Source: an uncultured virus (IMG/VR IMGVR_UViG_3300021400_000004)
Taxonomy: Duplodnaviria > Heunggongvirae > Uroviricota > Caudoviricetes
IMG/VR virus record: IMGVR_UViG_3300021400_000004
Strand: one strand, 5' to 3'
DNA length: 20,000 bases
Of the stretch, positions 1-9,610 are shown piece after piece. The notes below the pieces were generated by a model. It was given only the letters and a program-made list of their open reading frames with translations. It made no database searches and was not told the DNA's origin. Position 1 is the first letter of the stretch. Every line of letters begins with the position of its first letter. The translations under genes and the position numbers were made by a program.

Positions 1-1
1 A

Positions 2-460
2 CTTAGCTTGCGCAATGTTTGCGTTAGTTGCGGCAGCAGTCTCAGAAATGAGCAGCTTTGTATTGCAGCAGCATTCATTCTGGTTTGCTATGGCTTGAGC
101 CTGACCAACACGAACCTCTGCAATATCTCTTTCAAGTTCATTATATTTGTCTCCAAGAACTGAAACAGTATCGTGGAATGTTTGGTTTGTTGCGGCTACG
201 CTTTGAGCGGTTCCCGCATTAACTGCTGCTAAGATGTCACGAGTCTGTGCCTGAAGGTTCTGATTATCGAACCCTCTCTGAACTTCATTTGAAGTTGCAT
301 AATTTTCATAACCAAGGCCTCTATTATTTCCACCCCAGTTAAAACCTCCGCCCATAAGAGCGAGGATAGCAAATAACCAAATGAATGAGCCATTTCCATT
401 AAAGCCTCCATCATTCAGTAATGCTACATCAGATGCTGATAAACCTGTACCATTATCCAT
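2..460 (-). CDS. Phage hypothetical protein with Gly-rich hydrophobic segment and CCC motif, 3'-truncated by window edge
   Basis: Not in ORF track (no stop in window). ATG at 460 after GGAGG; reads MDNGTGLSASDVALLNDGGFNGNGSFIWLFAILALMGGGFNWGG...QNECCCNTKLLISE, open to window start. Confidence 0.85.
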   Translation of the reverse strand, partial: MDNGTGLSASDVALLNDGGFNGNGSFIWLFAILALMGGGFNWGGNNRGLGYENYATSNEVQRGFDNQNLQAQTRDILAAVNAGTAQSVAATNQTFHDTVSVLGDKYNELERDIAEVRVGQAQAIANQNECCCNTKLLISETAAATNANIAQAK

Positions 461-514
461 TTTTGTTTCCCTCCTAAAATAAAATATTTTTTATATAATA
501 AAACCTTTATGGTT

Positions 515-787
515 TTATCTCAATGGATTTAATATGGAATCTGGGTTTATGCCTTTTTGTTGAGCAAGTTGATAAAAAACTTGTTCGGCATTCCCTCCAT
601 TTTGCTGAACTAAGTCTATTGCTTCTTTAAATTTTGGATTGTTTTGCATTAAATTTAATATGAAGCCATTTTTATCTTTTGATAGTTTAAATTGTCTATA
701 TAAATCCCCTATATTATTTGTTGCTTGGGGCGATTGAAACTGTCTTCTTGATAATTGGTTGAGTTGTTGTTGGTATAACCTGTTCAT
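515..787 (-). CDS. Gln/Asn-rich hypothetical protein
   Basis: 90-aa ORF with GAGGAGGG upstream; C-terminal NAEQVFYQLAQQKGINP. Confidence 0.8.
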   Translation of the reverse strand: MNRLYQQQLNQLSRRQFQSPQATNNIGDLYRQFKLSKDKNGFILNLMQNNPKFKEAIDLVQQNGGNAEQVFYQLAQQKGINPDSILNPLR

Positions 788-1169
788 TGTTCGTTCCCTC
801 CTCTTGAGATTGTGGTATTATTGACATTAATAAATCTCTTAATTCATCTTTTTTAACATACTGAGATAAATCTACTGATGTATTTGTTTGTTCTTCTTCA
901 GGATAATATTTATTTCTTGAAAGAGAAACTCTTCCTTGAGCATCTGTCATTTTAATATAAAAAACATTATCCTCTTCATTATCCATAAGAATTACAAATG
1001 AATTTGGTTTAAATAATGGATAAGCTTTAGCGCCTATTTCACCATTTACCCATATTATATTATAATTACCATCAATCATTGGTGAATCATATACGGGTTT
1101 ATTATTAAACCCTTGATTCGACATATAGTTGTTATAACCCATCATTGGGTTCATATATTGATTATTCAT
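714..1169 (-). CDS. Hypothetical protein (IWVNGEIGAKAYP motif)
   Basis: 151-aa ORF with GGGAGG RBS, downstream of a class-2 promoter motif. Confidence 0.85.
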   Translation of the reverse strand: MNNQYMNPMMGYNNYMSNQGFNNKPVYDSPMIDGNYNIIWVNGEIGAKAYPLFKPNSFVILMDNEEDNVFYIKMTDAQGRVSLSRNKYYPEEEQTNTSVDLSQYVKKDELRDLLMSIIPQSQEEGTNNEQVIPTTTQPIIKKTVSIAPSNK

Positions 1170-1191
1170 AAGAATAAACCTCCCTCGTATT

Positions 1192-1233
1192 TATATATAA
1201 AAAATTAAATATATAATTTAAAAATCTTCGACC
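1192..1233 (-). promoter_or_regulatory. Class-2 (phage-specific) promoter-like motif, copy 1 of 5
   Basis: GGTCG-N24-TTTTTTATATATA; same spacing at 3695-3736, 8474-8515, 11229-11270, 16389-16430. Confidence 0.6.
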
Positions 1234-1244
1234 AAAAATTTTTT

Positions 1245-3572
1245 TTATGATGTAACCTTAGTGTATCGAATTGCAATTATGACATCTGTATGCGAATGTG
1301 CACTATGGAAATATACCTCTTGAGTAGTTGGATTTGGAACAAGTATTATCTCTTGTTGATTATTCATACAATCAACATAACCACTATTATTCCTTTTAGC
1401 ATAAAGTGTCGTTATATCAATCCAACCAATACCCGCTGGAAGTGCTTGTGCGAAAATATCATTGGCATATGAAAAATTATTTGTACCATTTTCTCTTAAC
1501 ACTATTGTTTTTTCATATACATCAGAACCATCAATCCACTTACCTACTACTTGTTCTGTTGTTGAATAGGTATGAGAAGATGATCCGCTGCCAGAATCTA
1601 ACTTTACTCCATATATTTTATGTACATAAGCACCATTAGTTCTTAATACAGCTAATGTAGTATCATCAATATATCGCATATCACAATAACCAGCATCATT
1701 ATATACAACATAAAAATCAGATGTATATCTATTTATTATATCATCAGTAAAATATGCAGCTGTTTGAAAACCTGCTACTTGCGATGAATAATTTGTGCAA
1801 AAAATTAAAATGTCATAATTAGTAATGCTGTCACTTAATGTAACATTACCAACTGAAAAACCTGTCGTATTAGTTTCAGCTAATTTAACAATATTTACTC
1901 CACTACCAGAGCCTCCGCCACCTGAACTAATACCATATGTCTTGTCCATATACTTAATTTGCGATTCGTTGCCGCCACTTGTAGCATATTTAAGATTACT
2001 TATAGTAGCTTCCCAAGCAACATAAGCAATAACTAAATAATACTCACCGCTTAATTCTGATACGTCTAAAGTTTGAGTTCCAAGATCTCTATTAGTATCA
2101 GTAACTTCATATCTATTCCATATTGTCCAATTTACATTTGGAGCATATGCCCAAGTCGAAGGTGCTGAACTACATAATCCAATTCCTAAATCTCTAATAG
2201 GGTTTTCACTACCAGGATGTAAAGAATCATAAGAATCTCCAGTCACTAAGTCATAAGTAAGATAATCATAATCTGTCACATCTATTCGACTGTAATAAAA
2301 TGTTGCAGCAATTCCGCTTAAACTAGCGGTGTTCCAAGTCATTTCTACTGATTTTTCTGAAGGTGTAATAACTATATTAGAACTTTCAGAAATGTTAGTA
2401 GGATTTGACATATTTATTGGAGTTGTTGCTCCAACAGAACTTTCAGGTATAAACCTAATTGTACCATCATTCTTTTGTGCTGAAGTAAGTTCATTATAAT
2501 CACTTAAGGTTATTTCTTCTGCGGAAGCATTTCCACCTCCACCGCCGCTTCCAAGTTTTAATCCATATATAGTATCAATGACATCATATTGTACTGCATT
2601 TTTTGTTAAAGTTGAAAGATCAGTAACAGTATACCATGCATAATAAGCATCATCATTTAATTCAATTACATCACCTGGATTAATATTTGAACTTACATAA
2701 AAAGTTGACATTTTCCATGTAGGTGTAGTTGATCTAAAACCTGAAATTAATATTATATCAAAATCATTAATAGGTTTAGTTAAATTAATAGTGTCAGGAA
2801 TTGTACCTGCTGTGTTCTTATATATTTGTTCAGTGGTTGTTGCACTTCCACCACCAGAACCTTCAATGTCATAAATTGTTCCATCTATTTCAATAGTAGA
2901 TAATGTATCTGTTGCAGTTCCTTGCGGGTTTGGGGTCACGCTTGAACCACCGCCACTTTCATTTGCGTTTTCCCATTTTTCAGTTGTAGAATTATATTTT
3001 AATACTTGACCATTTGCAAGGTTAGTCAAATCTACATCTGTTAAGTCGGACATAGCTGATGCGGTGCCCCCGCCTTGAGGCGCATAAAGGCTTCCACTAA
3101 CTCCATCAATTTCATAGTCAGCTATTTTAGTACCTGTAGCAAGAGTAGGAGTAATTGATACGTCACTCCCGCCACCTTGCGCGCTTATAACGTTATTTTC
3201 AATAGTAATGTTAGTTCCTGCGGTCAGGCGGTCTTGCTTTGCGGAAACCATGCTTTGTGACGCTGCAAGGCTAGAACTGTTACCAGCAACACTTGTGATA
3301 CCAGTAATATTGGACACGTTCTGTCCGTCCGTAAACGTTAACCCCGCCTCGCCATCTATAGTTAATCTCTTATTTTCTGTAGTATTACTTTTTAAAAGTA
3401 AAGTATTTTCATTAATTAAACTATCACTAAACCTTTGTTCAGTTTCAGACAAAGAAATTGTAACGTCAGGCAAGTGAAGTATATTATTTTCATCAGGTTT
3501 TAGAACTCCCTCCAAATCAGTTTTCTTTGCTAATAAGTCTTTTTGATTTGGTGTTAAACTCATTCTTGCCAC
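1245..3572 (-). CDS. Tail fibre / receptor-binding-like structural protein
   Basis: 775 aa, Thr/Ser/Gly-rich with GGGG linkers; LTAGTNITIENNVISA repeat, LSDYNELTSAQKNDGT motif, two related internal domains ending IYGLKL/IYGVKL, C-terminal YSTTEQVVGKWIDG domain. Confidence 0.75.
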   Translation of the reverse strand: MARMSLTPNQKDLLAKKTDLEGVLKPDENNILHLPDVTISLSETEQRFSDSLINENTLLLKSNTTENKRLTIDGEAGLTFTDGQNVSNITGITSVAGNSSSLAASQSMVSAKQDRLTAGTNITIENNVISAQGGGSDVSITPTLATGTKIADYEIDGVSGSLYAPQGGGTASAMSDLTDVDLTNLANGQVLKYNSTTEKWENANESGGGSSVTPNPQGTATDTLSTIEIDGTIYDIEGSGGGSATTTEQIYKNTAGTIPDTINLTKPINDFDIILISGFRSTTPTWKMSTFYVSSNINPGDVIELNDDAYYAWYTVTDLSTLTKNAVQYDVIDTIYGLKLGSGGGGGNASAEEITLSDYNELTSAQKNDGTIRFIPESSVGATTPINMSNPTNISESSNIVITPSEKSVEMTWNTASLSGIAATFYYSRIDVTDYDYLTYDLVTGDSYDSLHPGSENPIRDLGIGLCSSAPSTWAYAPNVNWTIWNRYEVTDTNRDLGTQTLDVSELSGEYYLVIAYVAWEATISNLKYATSGGNESQIKYMDKTYGISSGGGGSGSGVNIVKLAETNTTGFSVGNVTLSDSITNYDILIFCTNYSSQVAGFQTAAYFTDDIINRYTSDFYVVYNDAGYCDMRYIDDTTLAVLRTNGAYVHKIYGVKLDSGSGSSSHTYSTTEQVVGKWIDGSDVYEKTIVLRENGTNNFSYANDIFAQALPAGIGWIDITTLYAKRNNSGYVDCMNNQQEIILVPNPTTQEVYFHSAHSHTDVIIAIRYTKVTS

Positions 3573-3694
3573 CTCTCTTGTAATTTAAAAATAGATAAAA
3601 AAAATGCGAGAACTCGCGCTAGTAATCCTCTATCTAGCTCCCTCCAAATATACATAGAAAATTAATAGTTTAAGTTCTCGTATTTTCCTCTTGT

Positions 3695-3736
3695 TATATA
3701 TAAAAAATATAGCACTAAGATTTACTATATTTGTCC
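3695..3736 (-). promoter_or_regulatory. Class-2 promoter-like motif, copy 2
   Basis: GGACA-N24-TTTTTTATATATA. Confidence 0.6.
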
Positions 3737-3765
3737 TAAGTTGTTAAAAAATTTTTGCTTAAATT

Positions 3766-3924
3766 TTAATTAGAAGCCTTATCCCCTGTAAGCTCCTTTT
3801 TCTCTAATGGACACCACATCGGCTTTTGTTCGTTGTATTGCTTATCGCTTATAGCCCATCGTCCGTCTAACTTACATAAATCATCATCAATTACATATGG
3901 ACAATCTTTACATGCTTTTATCAT
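3766..3924 (-). CDS. Small Cys-rich protein, possible Zn binder
   Basis: Below track cutoff; AAGGAG RBS; MIKACKDCPYVIDDDLCKLDGRWAISDKQYNEQKPMWCPLEKKELTGDKASN (CxxC...C...WCPL). Confidence 0.7.
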   Translation of the reverse strand: MIKACKDCPYVIDDDLCKLDGRWAISDKQYNEQKPMWCPLEKKELTGDKASN

Positions 3925-3983
3925 TATTCTTCTCCTTTTTCTTCTATAGCGTAATTAGGTTTAGGGTGATTACTAATCAACCT

Positions 3984-4268
3984 TTATATATTAGTGTCTT
4001 TAAATTCCAAGGATTCATTTAGTGTCCCTCCCAAATTATCCCTGTATGCTTTATTTAAATTAGCAAAAACATCTTTCTTTTCCTTCAGCATTTCAAGGCA
4101 TTTCTGTTTCATTACCTCTGCATCTGTTTTTGTTAATCCTTTGATTAATTCGTTATATTTTTCATCAAAATTCTCTGCCGTGATTAAGTCCCAAAAGGTC
4201 TCTTTATCTTCTGTCATTAGAAAGAATAAGAAATAGATGTACCAATCTGTGTTGTTTTCTTCTTCCAT
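3984..4268 (-). CDS. Hypothetical protein
   Basis: 94-aa ORF with AGGAGG RBS. Confidence 0.7.
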   Translation of the reverse strand: MEEENNTDWYIYFLFFLMTEDKETFWDLITAENFDEKYNELIKGLTKTDAEVMKQKCLEMLKEKKDVFANLNKAYRDNLGGTLNESLEFKDTNI

Positions 4269-4357
4269 TTTTGCCCTCCTATGTAATCTGCTCTGTTGTT
4301 ATCTGATTGTTCCACAGTTCTATCTGCTTTTTCGGCTATTTGCTCTGTAAATGTCAT
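4217..4357 (-). CDS. Small hypothetical protein (46 aa)
   Basis: GGAGG then ATG at 4357; MTFTEQIAEKADRTVEQ...SISYSF; overlaps next gene. Confidence 0.4.
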   Translation of the reverse strand: MTFTEQIAEKADRTVEQSDNNRADYIGGQKWKKKTTQIGTSISYSF

Positions 4358-4372
4358 TGGATTTCCTCCGAA

Positions 4373-5044
4373 TTAATACACTTTCCGCCATCCGTACCAC
4401 TGACCATTTGCATAAAATCGTATATATGTTTCACCATTTTCCGTTGAAGAATAATTACTTAAAAACCTTGTAAACTCTTGCAAAATTATAGCAGTACTTG
4501 GTTTTTTAACAGTTAAAACACCAAACTTTCCACTAGGGTTTGAGTAAGGACTGTTTGTAGCATCGTTTAAATTAAACCAGTAATAACCCGATGTTGTAAT
4601 GTTGTTAAAGTTAGGTGATGAAAAACCACCCTTTGAAAGTGTTTCTTGAATTTCGTAAAAAATCCATGCACCATCAACATAGTTTGCACGATAAACAGCT
4701 AATTCCGAACGATATGAAATATACAAACCAACGCCTGTGTTTTCTCTGCCAAAAATAGTTAGAAACAATCCGCCATCATTAACTGGTTTGTCTGTAACTG
4801 CATTAAATACATAATGAATAGCTGTATCTGTAATATCGTTAATGCTACCACTCGATTTTATAATAACATCGAGCTTTAAATTCACATCATCGACTACCTC
4901 ATCTATCTTCCCCTTAACCGAGAGATTACTGTCATATGGTATATCGCTTGCGTCTGGCTTTACTGCATTTATTAAGGCTAACAATGCATCTGCAATATCC
5001 TGTCCTGTTGCATCGGTCATAATTGGGCTTGTTACTGTTGACAT
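4373..5044 (-). CDS. Tail fibre-related protein with pyocin-knob-like domains
   Basis: 223 aa, AAGGAGG RBS; NFNNITTSGYY...ILQEF...YIRFYANGQWYGW pattern. Confidence 0.7.
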   Translation of the reverse strand: MSTVTSPIMTDATGQDIADALLALINAVKPDASDIPYDSNLSVKGKIDEVVDDVNLKLDVIIKSSGSINDITDTAIHYVFNAVTDKPVNDGGLFLTIFGRENTGVGLYISYRSELAVYRANYVDGAWIFYEIQETLSKGGFSSPNFNNITTSGYYWFNLNDATNSPYSNPSGKFGVLTVKKPSTAIILQEFTRFLSNYSSTENGETYIRFYANGQWYGWRKVY

Positions 5045-5055
5045 ATGTTACCTCC

Positions 5056-5214
5056 TTACTGTCCGTCATCGTATACTATACAGACTTTCCCATTGACTAC
5101 CGTAAGATATTCAAGGGAGACTGTATTATTAGTTATATCTATTCCTTCGCCTGCGGTGAGTGTATCACCTCCACCACCCGCATACTCAATTCCGTTTTTA
5201 ATTATTATTCCCAT
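5056..5214 (-). CDS. Small tail-fibre-associated protein (52 aa)
   Basis: AGGAG RBS; MGIIIKNGIEYAGGGGDTLTAGEGIDITNNTVSLEYLTVVNGKVCIVYDDGQ; shares LTAGxxIxIxNN with the 775-aa protein. Confidence 0.7.
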   Translation of the reverse strand: MGIIIKNGIEYAGGGGDTLTAGEGIDITNNTVSLEYLTVVNGKVCIVYDDGQ

Positions 5215-5319
5215 TTGATTATTCTCCTATGAAGTTATTACTTTATTAGTCATGTGTAACGCAACTATTGAATAGTAAATGTTATTAAATTTCTTCGTTG
5301 GTTTGTTCATGATATTCTT

Positions 5320-7185
5320 CTAGCTTACATATAAGATTCTGAATATAGCCTTTATTTTAGCCGCTCCACCTGTATAGTGATTCCTTATTTGAGCATTAAC
5401 TTGTTTAGAGGCATTCATATTAAGAGAATATACACTACACCAACTATATAGCGTACCACCAGAGGAAGCATTCGCTAAATTTACAGACAATACAGTTAAT
5501 GCTGTCCAACCGCTCTTTGTAGTGCTAACATTTGGAGTTTGTGCAGAGCCATTAGCCGCAATTGATACATTATCTGCTACTACCTCGCCAACAATGATTT
5601 TACTACTTAAGCTACTCAAAGTTGCTAACGAACCAAGACCAAGTAATGTTCTGAAGTTTGCCGCATCTGATTTTCTCAACCATCCATCATCGTCAATGAA
5701 TGCTGGATAAGATGTGAAAGAAGATGGGTTTTGTGCTGGACAACTTGTATTATAAAATGTTGCATATAAATAACCATTACCTTGCCTCTCTGCTACTGTA
5801 TTAGCGGTTGCGGTTGTTGCAGCTGTTAAATAAGCGGCTGATCCTAGTCCTTTAACAGAAACATTAGTACCAGCGATTTTAACTTGTCCGTTACTATCAC
5901 CTGTACCAACATTTCCGCTATCAGCTACCTGTCTCCATGATTGCCAAGTTCCGTTATTTTTTCCTCGTACAAAAAGCCTTCCATTTCTATAATCTTGTGC
6001 TATTTGAGCTACCCAAGTATCACTATAAGACTGAACATATAATGCTCCATCTGATGTAGAAGCGCCAATAGAAGTTGCAGGACCATTAGATGTATAATAA
6101 TAGTTTCCATTTTTTATCGCATCATTACAATTATGTTCTGCCGTATTACTATTACCCGAATAAAATATAGTTCCACTAAAATTATAAGTAGTATCTCTTA
6201 ACGGAATAGTCCCCGAAAATAACGAAGTTCCATCTTCTTTATACATCCTAAAGTTCAATCCAGATTCGGCTGTATATGCCTCGTTTGTCCACAATCTAGC
6301 TTTTTCTTGTCCATTACCATAATACCAAACTATATCTGAACTATCGTTAGAAGAAGAGTTTGGTGTCTCCAGCCTAATATCAGTACCTTGCATAACTAAT
6401 TGCCCAGTCATAGTATCCCCAGTTTTATCAAGTTTACCCGTCAAATCTATCTGCGCAATTTTATTACTATCAAGTACTGATACGCCATTAACATATACAT
6501 CATCTACGTTTCCTCCACCACCTGGAGCATCTGTAATAAAATATGTTGTTCCGTTATTCTTTTCTTCAGGAGTGAGTGCATCATATTGCGCTTGAGTGAG
6601 TTCAATTTGTTTATTGTCTACATATAACTTAGTAGTAACATCCATATTGTTAGTTGGTGCGGTTCCCACAGTTAATTTTCCTGACAGGACTTCATTACCA
6701 TTCCAATCAAGGGTTCGCGCGTTGGAGCGTTCACCTACATTACCGTTTCCAACTATTTCCAATAATCCACTTTCGCCAATAGGTGTAGTATCTTCTATAT
6801 TATATGCACCAAAAACACTTTGTGCAAAATTATTTGCAATGGTGTTATCCCCTTGTGCATGAGATGATTCTCCACTTGCCACAACATTATTTCCTTGCGC
6901 ATAAGAAAAAAATCCTGAAGCAATAGAATCTACGCCAACACTCATACTTGCTTTTACTGGATTTAACATTAGACTAGATGATTTCTTTGCTCCTTCGGTT
7001 GCGGTAGTAGTAGACGTGCTACCCGCCAACAGTACTTCAAAATTACCATTGGTACTATCATCTTGAGTTTGAGTAACTTTAGTATCAGTTTCGGTGCTAT
7101 CTACATACTCTTTAGTTTTTCTAAAAATTTCTTCGGCAAAAGCTTTATGTCCGTCAGGTTCTAAGATTTCGTATATTTCTGCCAT
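5320..7185 (-). CDS. Tail fibre protein (YadA-head-like repeats, knob domain)
   Basis: 621 aa; ASGFFSYAQG/ASGESSHAQG repeats, LTQAQYDALTPEEKNNGTTYFITD, KLDKTGDTMTGQL, QIAQDYRNGRLFVRGKNNGTWQSW. Confidence 0.8.
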   Translation of the reverse strand: MAEIYEILEPDGHKAFAEEIFRKTKEYVDSTETDTKVTQTQDDSTNGNFEVLLAGSTSTTTATEGAKKSSSLMLNPVKASMSVGVDSIASGFFSYAQGNNVVASGESSHAQGDNTIANNFAQSVFGAYNIEDTTPIGESGLLEIVGNGNVGERSNARTLDWNGNEVLSGKLTVGTAPTNNMDVTTKLYVDNKQIELTQAQYDALTPEEKNNGTTYFITDAPGGGGNVDDVYVNGVSVLDSNKIAQIDLTGKLDKTGDTMTGQLVMQGTDIRLETPNSSSNDSSDIVWYYGNGQEKARLWTNEAYTAESGLNFRMYKEDGTSLFSGTIPLRDTTYNFSGTIFYSGNSNTAEHNCNDAIKNGNYYYTSNGPATSIGASTSDGALYVQSYSDTWVAQIAQDYRNGRLFVRGKNNGTWQSWRQVADSGNVGTGDSNGQVKIAGTNVSVKGLGSAAYLTAATTATANTVAERQGNGYLYATFYNTSCPAQNPSSFTSYPAFIDDDGWLRKSDAANFRTLLGLGSLATLSSLSSKIIVGEVVADNVSIAANGSAQTPNVSTTKSGWTALTVLSVNLANASSGGTLYSWCSVYSLNMNASKQVNAQIRNHYTGGAAKIKAIFRILYVS

Positions 7186-7202
7186 TTAACTCACCTCCGC
7201 AT

Positions 7203-7844
7203 TTATGGAGTCGGATTAAATACCGCATCATATGCATCGTCCACTATATCTGCAATTTCTGTATTAGTTATTAAAGATATATCTGTATGTTTAACATAAC
7301 CACTTAAATCAATAGCAGTAGTACCTATTTTTTCATATCCGCTTGTTGCGGGAGTGGTTGATGAATCCGTATACCATATATACTCGTCATATATGTTCGG
7401 AGTAGTACCACCGCTTGGTACTAAATATATAACTCCATTCTGTCCAGTCGCAGGTAAATCACCATAAGAATTAACTTTTTCAAAGCTAATTCTTTCAAAG
7501 TTAGCAAGTGCGGTACTTATAAGAGTATTAATCTGAGTGGTAGTCACAACACCTTTGGTGGAAGCGCCCGCAACAGGTATATTGACTTTCTTGTTTGTGA
7601 TACTGAGGTCAGTACCATCTATCTGTACACCCTCAAGTACATTTGCTTCTCCAAAATCTGAGTAGCTAACATGAGTGCTTGCGCCTTGATCGTCTGTTAA
7701 TACTATCCACTCATTTGTTGTATCTAATGAAATTGAATATGTGCTATTGACATTTAAGGGACTATTTTTAAGTTTTGTAAAAATATATTGAACAGCATAT
7801 AACAATCCATCATCATCTAATAAATTATATGTGGTATCAGCCAT
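7203..7844 (-). CDS. Virion structural / tail-associated protein
   Basis: Likely start MADTTY after GGAGGAGG; LPATGQNGVIYLVP...YDEYIW...YEKIGTTAIDLSGY motif seen in phage fibre/decoration proteins. Confidence 0.7.
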   Translation of the reverse strand: MADTTYNLLDDDGLLYAVQYIFTKLKNSPLNVNSTYSISLDTTNEWIVLTDDQGASTHVSYSDFGEANVLEGVQIDGTDLSITNKKVNIPVAGASTKGVVTTTQINTLISTALANFERISFEKVNSYGDLPATGQNGVIYLVPSGGTTPNIYDEYIWYTDSSTTPATSGYEKIGTTAIDLSGYVKHTDISLITNTEIADIVDDAYDAVFNPTP

Positions 7845-7845
7845 T

Positions 7846-8250
7846 TTAATTTCCTCCTCCAAAAATTCTATCATATTGCTCATCTATAATTTGTTTAATT
7901 CGAGCATTTTTTATATCTTCTCTACCAAGTTCTTCAAATGTTTTATTATCTTCAAGTACAACACCATTAATAGAAGGTTTATTTAATAAAGTTTTATAAT
8001 CTGTATCTGAAGATTCTCCAATCTTTTGCCATACTGATCCATTAAACATGAATTCTTCATTAGTATCATATCTAATTACCCAGTCACCGGATTTAGCAGT
8101 CACATATTCATTATCTATGATTATTGGATTTGTGTTATCTCCATCTTGAAGTTCAGTGGTAGTAATACCAAGATATTTACCAAGATTATCTATTTTTTGT
8201 TCTAATTCTTTAATTCTTTTCCGCAAAAGTGCATAAGTAATTATATCCAT
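7846..8250 (-). CDS. Virion structural / tail-associated protein
   Basis: Likely start MDIITYALL; FNGSVWQKIG and DYKTLLNKPSINGVVL motifs. Confidence 0.7.
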   Translation of the reverse strand: MDIITYALLRKRIKELEQKIDNLGKYLGITTTELQDGDNTNPIIIDNEYVTAKSGDWVIRYDTNEEFMFNGSVWQKIGESSDTDYKTLLNKPSINGVVLEDNKTFEELGREDIKNARIKQIIDEQYDRIFGGGN

Positions 8251-8438
8251 GAAATCATCACCCATTCCCCTTTGCTATTAAGCATATAAACTTCACTATT
8301 TTCTATGCAAATAGCTACACTTCCTGTACTACATTCTGGTTGAGTAGGTAATGTATTTATATCTGCTATTTTATCAATAGCAAATTCAGTATAATATGTA
8401 TTATTATGATCTTGCTGTCTTATTCTTGTATAACCCAT
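8241..8438 (-). CDS. Small hypothetical (structural-module) protein
   Basis: AAGGAGG RBS; LPT...GSVAICIENSEVYMLNSKGEW. Confidence 0.75.
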   Translation of the reverse strand: MGYTRIRQQDHNNTYYTEFAIDKIADINTLPTQPECSTGSVAICIENSEVYMLNSKGEWVMISWI

Positions 8439-8473
8439 CTTCAACCTCCTTTAATTCAATTTTTATACTATAA

Positions 8474-8515
8474 ATTATATGAAAAATAAAGTTTCTTAAT
8501 TAAAGAAAAATGCCA
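8474..8515 (-). promoter_or_regulatory. Class-2 promoter-like motif, copy 3 (divergent)
   Basis: TGGCA-N24-TTTTTCATATAAT heading the fibre operon. Confidence 0.45.
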
Positions 8516-8599
8516 TGAAAAATATTATAAAGCGGTTTTTGTTTGCGGTTGCGGGAACCACACTCACAAACTATTCGGCGCCCGCCCGCCCAAATAAAT

Positions 8600-8631
8600 A
8601 AAAAAGAGGGTGAGTTATATAGCTCACCCTT
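8600..8631 (-). terminator. Rho-independent terminator
   Basis: AGGGTGAG-loop-CTCACCCT followed by CTTTTTT on minus strand. Confidence 0.8.
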
Positions 8632-8656
8632 AAAAGACATAATTATGAAAAATATA

Positions 8657-8935
8657 TTACATACCAAATATATTAAAAAACATATCAGTTAAATCTTTAG
8701 TTGTTTTATAATTCTTTTTACCCTGAAGTTCAGCAATCTCTTTCTCTTTCTTATCTATCTGATCTATAATTGCTTCAATCTCATTATAAGCCTTATCATA
8801 AAGTTCCTTTAAGTCATCAAGCTCCTTCTTTGCAGTTTTAATTTTTTCATTAGTTGAAATAATCTTTGCTTCTGCTTCCTTCAGTTCTTTTTCTGTATCA
8901 TAAAGCTTGTTTGTTTTTTCACTATAAAACTTCAT
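8657..8935 (-). CDS. Coiled-coil hypothetical protein
   Basis: MKFYSEKTNKLYDTEKEL..., K/E-rich. Confidence 0.8.
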   Translation of the reverse strand: MKFYSEKTNKLYDTEKELKEAEAKIISTNEKIKTAKKELDDLKELYDKAYNEIEAIIDQIDKKEKEIAELQGKKNYKTTKDLTDMFFNIFGM

Positions 8936-8956
8936 AAAATAACCTTCTTTCATTTT

Positions 8957-9584
8957 CTTTAATAATTTAACTATAATAATAAATGATTAGACTTTCGCCT
9001 TACTTACATTACCTTCCTTTTTATTCGACCAATGGAAAGATAAGTCTGAGCCAAAGGGAGCTACCCTTTAACTTCTTACCTTGCGGATACCCGAAGATAC
9101 CCTGCCTACACCATACAGGATTGATTACCTATAACTTTCACGCTCCATTCAGATGTTTTATTTTTATAAAGTTTAACCACACTTTCTTTAATTTGATCTC
9201 ATTGTAGATTTGCGCTACTCGTACCTTGACCTTCTCTTATAGATTGTCACCAATCATCAACTACAAAAAACTTCCTTATTTTCGTATTACTTAGGTTTGC
9301 GGCGGGGACGCCCCACATACCGCCTAACTAAGCTTCTTCCTCGCAGAGGCTGCCTATTACGGAAGCGAGAAGACAGTGTCTTAAAAAGCGATAACTTCAG
9401 CACATAATACTAGGAACCTAATTACATTTATTAGGCATTTCTTATATCACTATAAGAACCTTTAGAATTTTTAAAAAGTATCCTTAGTAAAAACCTTATT
9501 ACCCTTGATTAAGTATTATTCTCAGCCACATGGAGTTGTGTCTGCACTGAGTTAATATTTATTATTATAATTAAATTATCAAAG
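8957..9584 (-). ncRNA. Large structured ncRNA, ROOL/GOLLD-like (~630 nt)
   Basis: 28-bp terminal stem (9557-9584 with 8957-8984) whose two deviations are G-U pairs on the minus strand only; many internal hairpins; own promoter; adjacent to tRNAs; no convincing ORF. Confidence 0.7.
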
Positions 9585-9610
9585 TGCTTTTTGTTTCATT
9601 TTCTATATAT

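Noticed and set aside
229..414. 61-aa minus-strand ORF from the track
   Set aside because: Out-of-frame shadow inside the longer RBS-led ORF 460 to <2
1245..7185. Diversity-generating retroelement target or invertible fibre cassette
   Set aside because: No template/variable repeat pair, reverse transcriptase or invertase seen in the window
8957..9584. MITE/IS element or tmRNA
   Set aside because: Stem deviations are strand-specific G-U pairs, no transposase or target duplication seen; no tRNA-Ala-like ends or tag ORF recognised
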